Below are positions 1 through 9,391 of a stretch of 64,000 nucleotides of DNA, in pieces. How positions within the stretch are numbered: the first letter of the stretch is position 1; each line of letters begins with the position of its first letter. Origin of the DNA: an uncultured Porphyromonadaceae bacterium (GTDB taxonomy: Bacteria > Bacteroidota > Bacteroidia > Bacteroidales > Muribaculaceae); assembly GCA_900550395.1 (NCBI GenBank), contig URSD01000010.1, positions 2,610 to 66,609 of the forward strand, read 5' to 3'. Both the position numbers and the translations under genes were made by a program. The notes below the pieces were generated by a model. It was not told the DNA's origin, ran no database searches, and was given only the letters and a program-made list of their open reading frames with translations.

Positions 1-48
1 CTCGGCGAACTGCTCTACCATATTGGGGGTTGCCTCTTTCTTTGCCAT
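1..48 (-). CDS. nusA: Transcription factor NusA, N-terminal 16 codons (runs off window)
   Basis: Reverse complement reads MAKKEATPNMVEQFAE directly after rimP; matches the rimP-nusA-infB order and a Bacteroidales NusA-like start. Confidence 0.75.
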   Translation of the reverse strand, partial: MAKKEATPNMVEQFAE

Positions 49-59
49 AGTATTGTCGG

Positions 60-530
60 TTAGAATTTTATTTCGTAAACGCAGTATTTCACATCGGCCA
101 GCGGGAGGGTCAGCTCCTCGGCGCGGACCACGGGGCGCTTGGCTCCAGGCTCTTTCACTTTCACCTCGTGTTCCAGCGTGATGGACGTGGTGTCGTCGCT
201 GACGCCGCGGAGCACGGCGTGAAGCTTGCGGCCGTCGCGGGTGAGCACCTCTACGGGGTTGCCGATGTTCTTCAGAAACTGTCCGCGCACGCGCATCGGT
301 GCCGTAAGGCCCGCTGAGCCGACTTCCAGCTCGTAGTCCTCGACATCGCGGTCGAACTCCTGCTCTATGCGTCGTGTGATGGCGGCGCATGTGTCGATGT
401 CGACGCCTTCGGGCGAATCAATCTCCACCACGATCTCGTTGGCAGGGCTTACACGAAGGTCCACGAGGAAAAGGTCGGTGCCCTCGATAGCCTTCATGAC
501 TGTGTCGGTAAGTTTCTGACTGTCTATCAT
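60..530 (-). CDS. rimP: Ribosome maturation factor RimP
   Basis: GVDIDTCAAITRRIE and DYELEVGSAGL motifs; 156 aa; precedes nusA. Confidence 0.95.
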   Translation of the reverse strand: MIDSQKLTDTVMKAIEGTDLFLVDLRVSPANEIVVEIDSPEGVDIDTCAAITRRIEQEFDRDVEDYELEVGSAGLTAPMRVRGQFLKNIGNPVEVLTRDGRKLHAVLRGVSDDTTSITLEHEVKVKEPGAKRPVVRAEELTLPLADVKYCVYEIKF

Positions 531-544
531 TATAGGTTATGGTT

Positions 545-601
545 AAAAAACAGGAGGAAGCGCTGCGCCCCCTCCTTCACTCTGAAGTCTGTGCAAAGTT
601 A
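545..601 (-). promoter_or_regulatory. rimP promoter (-7 TAACTTTG, 594-601) and leader with terminator-like attenuator
   Basis: Minus strand: TAACTTTG...AGGAGGGGGCG-CAG-CGCTTCCTCCT-GTTTTTT upstream of the rimP ATG; attenuating leaders are known for rimP-nusA operons. Confidence 0.65.
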
Positions 602-627
602 GCGATTTTTTACGTATTAATATAATA

Positions 628-656
628 CGGGCGCACTATTGTAGGTAGCGCGCCCG
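628..656 (-). terminator. Stem-loop downstream of the greA-HIT-lipoprotein operon
   Basis: CGGGCGC...GCGCCCG inverted repeat in AT-rich spacer; weak U tract. Confidence 0.45.
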
Positions 657-695
657 CATTATTAATATTATTTAGTGTTTTTTAACGTCTGTTTA

Positions 696-1784
696 TCAGA
701 GTACCTTGGCTACGGCTGCGTTGAGCTTGGAGGGGTCGATGACGCGCTCGCGGATGACGCCCTCGCCGTCGATGACGAAGGCTACGGGCAGCGCGCCGAC
801 ATTGTACTTCATGAGTACGTCGGTGCCGTCGACTGGCGAGTTCCACACCGTAATCCAGGGCAGGTTGTCGGCTTTCTGCTTCCACTCCACCTCGTCGCCG
901 TCGAAGGCTATCTGGTATATTTCCAGGCCGTTGGCGGCATATTTGCCGCGCAGGTCAGCGAGCACGACGTTGTAGGCCGGCGACGACTCGAGGTCGTAGC
1001 TCGTGAAGCTGAGCACCACGGGATGTCCCTTGCCGGCGATGGCGGCGAGGCTCTGCTCATGGCCCTTGTTGTCGTAGCGCACGATGTCGATAAGGCCGCT
1101 TTCCTGCACCTGCATGCTGAGGCCCCCGGCCTGGGGGTTATACAGCTGACGGGCCTTGAGGAAGATGGCCGTGAGCCACTGCGTGCGGGCGTCGTCGGGG
1201 CGGTTGTCGGTGAAACGCTGTGCCACGGCGCCTACGATGCTGAGGTCGCGGCGCTTGCTCAGGTCGTAGAGCGAGCGTCCGCCTATGTTCTTGTTGATGA
1301 TGTAGTAGGCGGCGATGCAGGTGCTGTCGTGGATGGCTATGTCGTTGAGCTTGCTCTTCAGGATGCTGTCGGTGAGCGCGCCCTGAGGGCCGCGGGCAGC
1401 CACGCTCTCGGCGATGAGGCGGTCGATAGCCACAATCTTGTCGGCGGCGGGAGTGCCGGTAAGTGTGTACTCGGTGCCGAAGCCTGCGGTGTCGGTGGCG
1501 ATGGTGAGGGCGTCGGTGCTGTCGACGGGGAAGTAGATGCAGCGGCCGTCGAGATTGAGGCGGTACACATCGGCGATGGCGGCGGGAGCCTCGGCGCGGT
1601 AGCTGAAGGCGCCGTCGCGACCTATGCTGACACTGTCGATGGCATACCAGTTGCCGGCGTTGAAGGCTTCGATAGCCATGCGGCGTCCCTCACCGTCCTT
1701 GACGGTACCTTCCACACTCCATCCGTGGCTGCCGGATGTGCAGGCGGCGAGCACTGCGAGAGCCGGGATAACAAGGCGTTTCAT
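696..1784 (-). CDS. DUF4369 + thioredoxin-like (TlpA/AhpC fold) lipoprotein lacking CxxC
   Basis: Lipobox LAAC; C-terminal GLEIYQIAFD...LPWITV...YNVGALPVAFVIDGEG typical of TlpA fold. Confidence 0.75.
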   Translation of the reverse strand: MKRLVIPALAVLAACTSGSHGWSVEGTVKDGEGRRMAIEAFNAGNWYAIDSVSIGRDGAFSYRAEAPAAIADVYRLNLDGRCIYFPVDSTDALTIATDTAGFGTEYTLTGTPAADKIVAIDRLIAESVAARGPQGALTDSILKSKLNDIAIHDSTCIAAYYIINKNIGGRSLYDLSKRRDLSIVGAVAQRFTDNRPDDARTQWLTAIFLKARQLYNPQAGGLSMQVQESGLIDIVRYDNKGHEQSLAAIAGKGHPVVLSFTSYDLESSPAYNVVLADLRGKYAANGLEIYQIAFDGDEVEWKQKADNLPWITVWNSPVDGTDVLMKYNVGALPVAFVIDGEGVIRERVIDPSKLNAAVAKVL

Positions 1785-2191
1785 CAGTCCTTCAGTTTAT
1801 CGAATTCGGCGGCAATGGCGTCGGCGATGTGACGCATGTCGGCCTCGGGCAGGGTCATCTTGCCTTTGGCGAAGTTCATGTCGTTCTCCTCGTTGATGGG
1901 AATGAGGTGGATGTGGGCGTGGGGCACCTCAAGGCCTATCACGGTCATGCCCACGCGCTTGCAGGGCATGGCTGCGCCTACGGCGCGGGCCACCTTGCGG
2001 GCGAAGACGTGCAGCGCTGCGGTCTCCTCGTCGGTGAGGTCGAAGATGTAGCTGACCTCGCGGCGCGGAATCACGAGCACATGGCCCGGAGCCACGGGAT
2101 TGATGTCGAGGAAAGCGAAGTGACGGTCGTCGGCCGCTACCTTGTAGCTGGGAATCTCGCCGGCGGCTATGCGTGAGAAAATCGTTGCCAT
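1784..2191 (-). CDS. HIT family nucleotide hydrolase
   Basis: TIFSRIAAGEIP start, FLDINP, HAHIHLIP histidine triad. Confidence 0.95.
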   Translation of the reverse strand: MATIFSRIAAGEIPSYKVAADDRHFAFLDINPVAPGHVLVIPRREVSYIFDLTDEETAALHVFARKVARAVGAAMPCKRVGMTVIGLEVPHAHIHLIPINEENDMNFAKGKMTLPEADMRHIADAIAAEFDKLKD

Positions 2192-2661
2192 CAGAAGGAT
2201 ATTTCTTTGATTTCAAATTTCATAAGGCCGCTGGGCACGCGTATCTCCACGATGTCGCCCACCTTGTGGCCCAGCAGGCCCTTGGCGATGGGGGTGGAGG
2301 TGGCGATTTTCTTCTCGCGGAGGTTGGCCTCGCTGTCGGCCACGATGGTGTATTCCATCTCCTGGCCGTTGGCGACGTTCTTGATTTTCACGCGGTTGAG
2401 AATCTGCACCTCGTTGGTGTTGAGCTTGCTTTCGTCGAGGATGCGTGCGTTTGCCAGCAGGTCCTTGAGCTGGGAGATCTTCATCTCCAGCATGCCCTGT
2501 GCCTCCTTGGCGGCGTCGTACTCGGCGTTCTCGCTGAGGTCGCCTTTGTCGCGTGCCTCGGCAATGGCCGCGATTATCTCGGGGCGTTTCACATTCTCGA
2601 GAAACGCGATTTCGTCCATTTTTTTCTGATAACCTTCCTTGGTCATGTAAGTGATAGCCAT
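2191..2661 (-). CDS. greA: Transcription elongation factor GreA
   Basis: ARDKGDLSENAEYDAAKE motif; TPIAKGLLG. Confidence 0.97.
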   Translation of the reverse strand: MAITYMTKEGYQKKMDEIAFLENVKRPEIIAAIAEARDKGDLSENAEYDAAKEAQGMLEMKISQLKDLLANARILDESKLNTNEVQILNRVKIKNVANGQEMEYTIVADSEANLREKKIATSTPIAKGLLGHKVGDIVEIRVPSGLMKFEIKEISF

Positions 2662-2701
2662 GGGAATAGAATTATTTGTGGTTTAATATAGCGAGCATAA
2701 T

Positions 2702-2777
2702 AAAAAAGAGAAACCCGACCGCGTCAGCGGCAGAGTCCCGGCTTTCCTTACAGCTCCAAAATGCATCGGCAAAGGTA
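2702..2777 (-). promoter_or_regulatory. greA promoter (-7 TACCTTTG, 2770-2777) and leader terminator/attenuator
   Basis: Minus strand GGGACTCTGCCGC-TGAC-GCGGTCGGGTTTC-TCTTTTTT between promoter and ATG. Confidence 0.55.
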
Positions 2778-2894
2778 GGCAATTAAATCGAGATTAGTCC
2801 CTTTTGCTCCTTAATAATAGTTAAAATGACGCCGCCGGCTGCAAAAACCGAACGCCACTTGGCCGTAACGCAAAAAGTTGTTAACTTTGCAATC

Positions 2895-3632
2895 ATGGAC
2901 GTCAAAGCGGAAAAAATCATGCCCTACGGCCGCGGCCGCGGGAAGAGCGAGGAGGTGCGCGACATGTTCGACAGCATCGCCCCCGCCTACGACTTCATGA
3001 ACCGCGCCATGACCCTCGGCATCGACCGCCTGTGGCGCCGCCGGGCCGTCCGGGCTGTGGCATCGGTATCGCCGCGGCGCGTGCTGGACATAGCCACCGG
3101 CACCGGCGACATGGCGATAGCTCTGGCGCGGCGCATCCCCGGCGCAAGCATCGAGGGCATAGACCTGAGTGCCGGCATGGTGGAGATTGGCCGCCGCAAG
3201 GTGAGCGAAGCGGGCCTCAACGACCGGGTTGGCCTGCGCATCGGCGACAGCCTCGCAATTGACCTGCCCGACGCCTCGGTCGACGCCATAACCGTGGCCT
3301 ACGGCGTGCGCAACTTTGAGCATCTGGACCGCGGCTATGCCGAGATGATGCGTGTGCTGCGCCCTGGAGGCCTGCTTGCCGTGCTGGAGCTGTCGACTCC
3401 GCGAGGCCGCCTCACGGCGCCACTGTACCGGCTCTATACCCGCTACGTCATCCCCGCGGCCGGCCGGCTGATAAGCCGCGACTCCCGCGCCTACAGCTAC
3501 CTGCCCGAAAGCATCGCCGCCGTGCCGCAGGGCGACGACATGTGCGCGCTGATTCTCGCGGCCGGAGCATCCCGCGCGGAGGCTCGGCCCATGACGTTCG
3601 GCGCCTGCACGCTTTATCTTGCAAGGAAATAA
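2895..3632 (+). CDS. menG: Demethylmenaquinone methyltransferase (UbiE/MenG)
   Basis: MFDSIAPAYDFMN, VLDIATGTGD, AYGVRNF, AYSYLPESI motifs; ATG 2895 follows TAACTTTG at 2882-2889. Confidence 0.93.
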   Translation: MDVKAEKIMPYGRGRGKSEEVRDMFDSIAPAYDFMNRAMTLGIDRLWRRRAVRAVASVSPRRVLDIATGTGDMAIALARRIPGASIEGIDLSAGMVEIGRRKVSEAGLNDRVGLRIGDSLAIDLPDASVDAITVAYGVRNFEHLDRGYAEMMRVLRPGGLLAVLELSTPRGRLTAPLYRLYTRYVIPAAGRLISRDSRAYSYLPESIAAVPQGDDMCALILAAGASRAEARPMTFGACTLYLARK

Positions 3633-3694
3633 CCATAACCGCACCCTGGCCGCCATCGGCGGCCGCCGTCATATCCATCCATCACATAAGTAAT

Positions 3695-5020
3695 ATGCAA
3701 CCGCACAAAGCCCTACTGATATTCGCCGCACTTACCGCCACGCTGCCGGCCGGCGCCCAGTTCCACTTCCGCAACTCGGCACGTATGGCCGACTCGGACG
3801 GCCTTGAGTCGCTTCAGGATGTAGAGATAGTAGCTATTGACGAGGACACCCCGGTGGATACCGTCGTCAGTCTGGCTCCGCTGCCGGCCTACTTCTTTCT
3901 GCCGGCGGTATATTCACATTACGATTTTCCCGACACCGTGGACATAGCCGCCTCCGACTACAGCGGCAACCCCGCGCTGCGCTGGCTCGAGGATGCCAAC
4001 GCCGTGGGAGCGCGCATGCAGCGCATACGCCACCGCTACTTCTTCGCCCATCCCGACGACCTGCCCTACATCGCGGCCGAGCTACCCGACGCGCCCAAGC
4101 GTTACTCGGCCATCGTAGACCCGAGCGACTTCTCCGTCGATATAGTGGAGAGCGTGACCGGTCCGGCCGCGGCGCCCACCGTCAAGGCCGAGGAGGTCAA
4201 GAAACGGCACTGGATACGCACCTTCAACGTCTCGCTTCAGTTCTCGCAGGCCTACGTGTCGCCCAACTGGTACCAGGGCGGCAAGAACAACCTCAACATG
4301 CTCGGACAGATATACTACAACGTGAAGCTCAACCAGGAGTTCCACCCCAACATCCTGTTCGAGACTACGGCCCAGTACAAGCTCGGCATGAACAACGCGC
4401 CGGACGACGAGTACCACGACTACAACATCAACGAGGACATCTTCCAGGTCAACAGCACCTTCGGTCTGAAGGCCGCACGCCGCTGGTACTATTCTGTCAC
4501 GGGGCAGTTCAAGACACAGCTGCTGAACAGCTATAAGCCCAACTCGCCCGACCTCAAAAGCGGATTCCTCTCGCCGGGCGACCTCACCGTGGGTCTCGGT
4601 ATGACCTACAACTACGCCAACAAGAAGAAGACATTCACGTTCGATGCCAGCATCTCGCCACTGTCCTACAACCTGCGCACATGTACCAGCGACCGCCTCA
4701 ACCACGAGGACTACGACATACGGCAGGACCGCACGACGGCCCACAAGTTCGGCAGCAACGCGGAGGTGAAGATATACTGGAAGATGGCCTACAACATCTA
4801 CCTGCGCTCGCGGCTCTACGGCTTCTCCGACTATGAGAGCGTTCAGGCCGACTGGGAGAACACCATCGTGTTTGAAATCAACAAGTTCCTGACTACCCAG
4901 CTGTTCATGCACGCCCGCTACGACACGCGCACGGCGCGTCTCGAGGACAGCAAGTGGCACAAGCTCCAGTTCAAGGAAATCCTCTCCATAGGCTTCGCCT
5001 ACAAATTCAGCTCGCTCTGA
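3695..5020 (+). CDS. DUF3078 outer-membrane beta-barrel-like protein
   Basis: Signal peptide MQPHKALLIF; QFSQAYVSPNWYQGG motif; C-terminal LQFKEILSIGFAYKF. Confidence 0.8.
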   Translation: MQPHKALLIFAALTATLPAGAQFHFRNSARMADSDGLESLQDVEIVAIDEDTPVDTVVSLAPLPAYFFLPAVYSHYDFPDTVDIAASDYSGNPALRWLEDANAVGARMQRIRHRYFFAHPDDLPYIAAELPDAPKRYSAIVDPSDFSVDIVESVTGPAAAPTVKAEEVKKRHWIRTFNVSLQFSQAYVSPNWYQGGKNNLNMLGQIYYNVKLNQEFHPNILFETTAQYKLGMNNAPDDEYHDYNINEDIFQVNSTFGLKAARRWYYSVTGQFKTQLLNSYKPNSPDLKSGFLSPGDLTVGLGMTYNYANKKKTFTFDASISPLSYNLRTCTSDRLNHEDYDIRQDRTTAHKFGSNAEVKIYWKMAYNIYLRSRLYGFSDYESVQADWENTIVFEINKFLTTQLFMHARYDTRTARLEDSKWHKLQFKEILSIGFAYKFSSL

Positions 5021-5502
5021 TGCGTCTTCACGCCGCTATACTGACGCTCCTTGCCTCGGCATGCCTCCTGACATGTCACGCGCAGCGCACCACTCGCCCC
5101 GGTCGCACACAGGCCGCGCGCACTGCGGCCGAGCGTATGGCGCAGCCGGCGGCCGACACTCTCGTGCCGCCCTCCGGAGCCGTCGTCATAGCGGGTTACG
5201 ACAAGACTCTCTCCTCGCGCCGCGAGAGCTTCTTCGTCACAAACGCCGCTGACTCCGCCACGCTGGTGTGGATACTCGCCACCATCGACTATCTCGACAT
5301 GCAGGGCCATCAGCTGCACCGCCGGCGCGCTACCATGCGCTGCGACATACCGCCGCGTCAGACCCGGCGCCTCGACATCCCGGCGTGGGACCGCCAGGGC
5401 GTCTACTACTACCGCGGCTCCGAGCCGCGGCGGCGCGTGCAGGCGGCCGCCTCACCTTTTGAAATCAGCATCCGCATTGACTCCGTGGCCGTGCGGCGCT
5501 GA
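5020..5502 (+). CDS. Exported/lipoprotein hypothetical protein
   Basis: ATG overlaps upstream TGA; signal peptide; GYDK...RESFFVTN and IDYLDMQG.QLH motifs. Confidence 0.7.
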   Translation: MRLHAAILTLLASACLLTCHAQRTTRPGRTQAARTAAERMAQPAADTLVPPSGAVVIAGYDKTLSSRRESFFVTNAADSATLVWILATIDYLDMQGHQLHRRRATMRCDIPPRQTRRLDIPAWDRQGVYYYRGSEPRRRVQAAASPFEISIRIDSVAVRR

Positions 5503-5535
5503 CAGCCATTCACGTATTTTCAAATCCACATTACC

Positions 5536-6228
5536 ATGATAAAACGAATCCTATTCTCAGTCCTGCTCGCCGCGGCGGCAGCCACAGGCATGCAAGCCGC
5601 CGGGGGCGCCAAGCCCGTAGTCTCGATTCTCGGCGACTCCTATTCCACATTCGACGGTTATATCCCGGAAGGCAACGAACCCTGGTATTTCGCCCGGGAG
5701 CGTGAGGAGCTCACCGATGTCCGCGACGTCCGCCAGACATGGTGGTGGCAGCTCGTGGCCGAAGGCGGCTACATACTCGGCGTCAACGATAGCTACAGCG
5801 GAGCCACGATAAGCTACACCGGCTACAACGGTGACGACTATCGCGCACGCTCCTTCAACACGCGTCTGGCGCGCATCGCTCCGCCCGATGTGCTGCTGAT
5901 TTTCGGCGCCACCAACGACAGCTGGTGCGGCGCTCCCCTGGGCGAATACGTCTACGACAATCTCACGCTCGGCCACATGTACGAGTTCCGTCCGGCGCTC
6001 GGACGCCTGCTGCGGGAGGCGCAGGCGCGCATGCCGGGCACACGCATAGTCTACATCATCAACTCCGAGCTGAAGCCGGAAATCACCGAGTCGATATGCA
6101 CGGAGTGCCGCCACTTCGGCGTGGAGTACGTGCTGCTGCACGATATCGACAAGCGCGCCGGCCACCCCACGGTCAAAGGCATGGAGCAGATAAAGAACCA
6201 GGTGCTTAAAGCACTGGGCGGCAAGTAG
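5536..6228 (+). CDS. SGNH/GDSL hydrolase (esterase), exported
   Basis: ILGDSYST block I, GATND block III, DxxxGHP block V. Confidence 0.9.
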   Translation: MIKRILFSVLLAAAAATGMQAAGGAKPVVSILGDSYSTFDGYIPEGNEPWYFAREREELTDVRDVRQTWWWQLVAEGGYILGVNDSYSGATISYTGYNGDDYRARSFNTRLARIAPPDVLLIFGATNDSWCGAPLGEYVYDNLTLGHMYEFRPALGRLLREAQARMPGTRIVYIINSELKPEITESICTECRHFGVEYVLLHDIDKRAGHPTVKGMEQIKNQVLKALGGK

Positions 6229-6250
6229 ATAAATTATATAATCCCTATAG

Positions 6251-7396
6251 TCAGATGGGTTTGCGCCAGGCGCGGCGGCGGCGGTGCTGTCGGTGCTCGA
6301 AGTAGTCCCACTGGCGCTGCACGTTGGCATTGACCTCAAGCTCCAGGTTGCTCTCGGCCCAGCGGTAGCCGTGGCTGATGTAGCGCGGGATAAGGTCGGC
6401 GAAAAGCATGGAGTTCACGCCCTTGCCGAGCAGGTCCTTCCTGACGGCCACGAGCATGAGGTCCACCACGTCGACGCCGCGGCCGCGTATGGCTCCGAGC
6501 AGGTGCCACCAGCCCGTGGGGAACAGGCGGCCGCCGCTGCGGCGCAGCGCGGCCGAAAGCGACGGCATGGAGATGCCGGCGGCCGCGAGGCGCCCTTCGC
6601 CGTCGACGATGATGCTCAGGTCCTCCAGGCGCAGAATGCTCAGGTAGGTGTTCACGTAGCTGTCGATCATGCGGTCGGTCAGGGGCACAAAGCCGTAGAG
6701 GTCGGCGTAGGCCTCGTTGATAAGGCGGAAGAACGCGTGGCCGTATTTGCGCTTCAGCTCCTTCTTCGACGTGAACCTCACGCTGTGGAGGTCGTATTTC
6801 CGGGCCACGATGTCGGCGATGCGCTGCATCTTCTCCGGCACGGCTTCGGGCACCTTCATGCGGAACTCTATCCAGTCGGCGTCCTTGGCGAATCCCATGC
6901 GCTCCATGTGCCTGGGGTAGTAGGGATAGTTATATATGGTAGCCATGGTGCCCATCTCGTCGAAGCCTTCCACGAGCATGCCCTCGTGGTCCATGTCGGT
7001 GAAGCCCATCGGGCCTATCATCTCTGTCATGCCCATGCTGCGGCCCCACTGCGCGGCGGCATCGAAGAGGGCGTCGACCACGTCAGCGTCGTCGATGAAG
7101 TCGACCCATCCGAAGCGCATCGCCTTGCTGCCGAAGCGCCTGTTGGCCTCGCGGTTGATTATGGCCGTGATGCGGCCCACCGGCTTGCCTCCGCGCCAGG
7201 CCATGAAGCTCTGCGAGTCGCATTGCTCGGCGGCGGGATTGCGTTTGGGGTCGAGGGTCTCCAGTTCGTCCACTATCAGCGGCGGCACGAAGCAGGCGTT
7301 GCCCTTGTAGAGGTCGATACCGAAGTGTATATAGCGCAGCAGCTCTGCGCGCGTGGGGCGCAGAGCCGTTATTTCTATTTTGTCTTTATCAGTCAT
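6251..7396 (-). CDS. GNAT-family N-acetyltransferase (YghO-like)
   Basis: GRITAIIN, RFGWVDFIDD, GPMGFTDMDHEGMLVEGF, YNYPYY motifs. Confidence 0.85.
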   Translation of the reverse strand: MTDKDKIEITALRPTRAELLRYIHFGIDLYKGNACFVPPLIVDELETLDPKRNPAAEQCDSQSFMAWRGGKPVGRITAIINREANRRFGSKAMRFGWVDFIDDADVVDALFDAAAQWGRSMGMTEMIGPMGFTDMDHEGMLVEGFDEMGTMATIYNYPYYPRHMERMGFAKDADWIEFRMKVPEAVPEKMQRIADIVARKYDLHSVRFTSKKELKRKYGHAFFRLINEAYADLYGFVPLTDRMIDSYVNTYLSILRLEDLSIIVDGEGRLAAAGISMPSLSAALRRSGGRLFPTGWWHLLGAIRGRGVDVVDLMLVAVRKDLLGKGVNSMLFADLIPRYISHGYRWAESNLELEVNANVQRQWDYFEHRQHRRRRAWRKPI

Positions 7397-7401
7397 AGCG
7401 T

Positions 7402-8148
7402 TCAGTTCACGGGCTTTGTCGAGAGCCAGGCCAGCAGAATGACCATTACGGAGAGGAATGCGATTATTATCAGGTAGAAGCGGCGTCCGGTGCGGGTGCC
7501 CTCGAGTGCGATGTGCAGGTCGTGGGCGTCGGCTATGCGGCGGTGGCCGTCGCGGCGCAGGCAGCGCTCGGCCACGCTGCGCAGCTGCGGGTCGGCTATT
7601 CCGCTGGCATCCAGCGTCTCTGTCACTATCTGCCCGTAGGCCCGGACGTCGTCGCAGGCCATGGCGGGAGAGGTGGCCTCATGCTGGTCGAAGCCCACGT
7701 CGATAAGTTTCAGGTTGCCGATGTTTTCGGTGAAGATGATGCGCTCGGGGCGTATCGGATGATGCACGATGTGGTTGCTCTGGATGTATTCGAGCGCCGC
7801 GGGCAGGCAGCGGCGCAGCTGCTCGATGTGCGCCTCCGTCACCTCGCCTTTGTCGATAAGCTTCCGCAGCGACGTGCCGTAGACGTCGTCGAAGATGATG
7901 CAGCGGCCGAGACCTGGCACATCCTCGAAGTCGTTAACCATCACGATGTTGGGGTGGGCGAGATTGTAGCGCACGTCGAACTCCTTCTCAATCATGGCCT
8001 GATACTCGGCCTTGTCGCGGAATTCAGGACGCAGAGTCTTCATCATCACCCACTTGCCAAGCTTGCGGGCAGTATAGACGTTATAGAATTCCTCGTCCCA
8101 TTCGGGAAGATGCTCTATCTCTGTCCAACGTTGAGCTGTATCGGCCAT
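7402..8148 (-). CDS. Membrane-anchored Ser/Thr protein kinase-like protein, probably a pseudokinase
   Basis: WVMMK, KEF, LAHPNIV, ALEYIQSNHIVHHPIRPERI, LKLIDVG; C-terminal TM helix; start 8148 follows TAAATTTG promoter. Confidence 0.8.
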   Translation of the reverse strand: MADTAQRWTEIEHLPEWDEEFYNVYTARKLGKWVMMKTLRPEFRDKAEYQAMIEKEFDVRYNLAHPNIVMVNDFEDVPGLGRCIIFDDVYGTSLRKLIDKGEVTEAHIEQLRRCLPAALEYIQSNHIVHHPIRPERIIFTENIGNLKLIDVGFDQHEATSPAMACDDVRAYGQIVTETLDASGIADPQLRSVAERCLRRDGHRRIADAHDLHIALEGTRTGRRFYLIIIAFLSVMVILLAWLSTKPVN

Positions 8149-8245
8149 TTTTTGAATCCGGGATATGAAATTAATATAAATCAGATGCCTGCCGGCGTAA
8201 CACGGTGCAAATTTACTCAAAATTTTGCATTAACACCATGTATAT

Positions 8246-8312
8246 AAAAAAATTACCCGTCATCTCGACGAGCAATCTTCTTAACCTTAAATCTAATACC
8301 ATGAAAAACACG
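8246..8312 (-). ncRNA. Candidate ~65-nt small RNA
   Basis: TAATTTTG promoter at 8316-8323, U/A-rich body TTTTTCATGGTATTAGATTTAAGGTTAA, hairpin ATTGCTCGTC/GACGGGTAAT plus T run; no ORF. Confidence 0.6.
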
Positions 8313-8398
8313 TTGCAAAATTAGCGGTTTTATGTTATATAACATACTTTTTAGGTTAAAAAATTCATTGAGTTAACAATATTTAACCTTTAGGGTGC

Positions 8399-8445
8399 AA
8401 AAATCCGGTGACGGAAAACGCATTATCGTGCGTTCCGTCACCGGA
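8399..8445 (-). terminator. Rho-independent terminator of serC-serA
   Basis: TCCGGTGACGGAA...TTCCGTCACCGGA long stem followed by T tract on minus strand. Confidence 0.8.
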
Positions 8446-8464
8446 ATAAATCACTGTTGTACGG

Positions 8465-9382
8465 TCAGTTGACGCGGAAACGTGTGTTGCCGTCGCGGAA
8501 GAAGGCTACAATCTGACGCGCGGCGGCCAGGCCTGCGTTGATGTTGGCCTCGGCTGTCTGCGCTCCCATCTTCTTCGGCGTGAAGAACACGCGGCCCGGG
8601 CAATCGGCTGCGAGAGCGTCGGCGCAGTCGGGGCGCACGTCGGCCAGATAGCGCAGGTCGGGACGCTCGGCCATCACGCGCTGCAGGCCTGCTTCGTCAA
8701 TGACCTCCTTGCGGGCGGTGTTGATGAGGACGCCGCCCTTGGGCATAAGGCCGATGAGAGCCGCGCCTATGCTGCCGCGGGTCTCGGGCGTGGCGGGGAT
8801 GTGTATGCTCACGACGTCGTTGCCGGCGTAGAGAGCCTCCACGCTGTCGACGGGTTCAACGCCTGCCTCGCGCATGACCTCGGGCGGGCAGAAGGGGTCG
8901 TAGGCGCTGACGTGCATGCCGAATCCGGCGGCGATGCGCGCCACGCAGCGGCCCACCTGCCCGAAGGCCTGGAGGCCAAGACGCTTGTCGCGCAGCTCGG
9001 TGCCGCTGGTGCCGGCATACATGTTGCGCACGGCCATGACGGCCATGCCGAACACAAGCTCGGCCACGGCGTTGGAGTTCTGGCCCGGAGTGTTCTCGGC
9101 CACCACGCCTGCATCGGTGGCAGCATGGAGGTCGATGTTGTCGTAGCCGGCGCCGGCGCGTACCACAATCTTGAGGTGCGGGGCGGCGGCGAACACCTCG
9201 GCGTCAACCTTGTCGCTGCGCACTATGAGCGCGTCGGCCGTTGCCACGGCGTCAAGCAGCGCGCTGCGGTCGGTGTATTTCTCCAGCAGGACCAGCTCAT
9301 GGCCTGCGGCCTGCGCCACCTCGCGTATGCCGGCGACGGCGACGGGTGCGAAGGGCTTCTCTGTGGCGACTAATATCTTCAT
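8465..9382 (-). CDS. serA: D-3-phosphoglycerate dehydrogenase
   Basis: VRAGAGYDNID, NTPGQNSNAVAEL, INTARKEVIDE; adjacent to serC. Confidence 0.92.
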   Translation of the reverse strand: MKILVATEKPFAPVAVAGIREVAQAAGHELVLLEKYTDRSALLDAVATADALIVRSDKVDAEVFAAAPHLKIVVRAGAGYDNIDLHAATDAGVVAENTPGQNSNAVAELVFGMAVMAVRNMYAGTSGTELRDKRLGLQAFGQVGRCVARIAAGFGMHVSAYDPFCPPEVMREAGVEPVDSVEALYAGNDVVSIHIPATPETRGSIGAALIGLMPKGGVLINTARKEVIDEAGLQRVMAERPDLRYLADVRPDCADALAADCPGRVFFTPKKMGAQTAEANINAGLAAARQIVAFFRDGNTRFRVN

Positions 9383-9391
9383 GGCGGTTAA

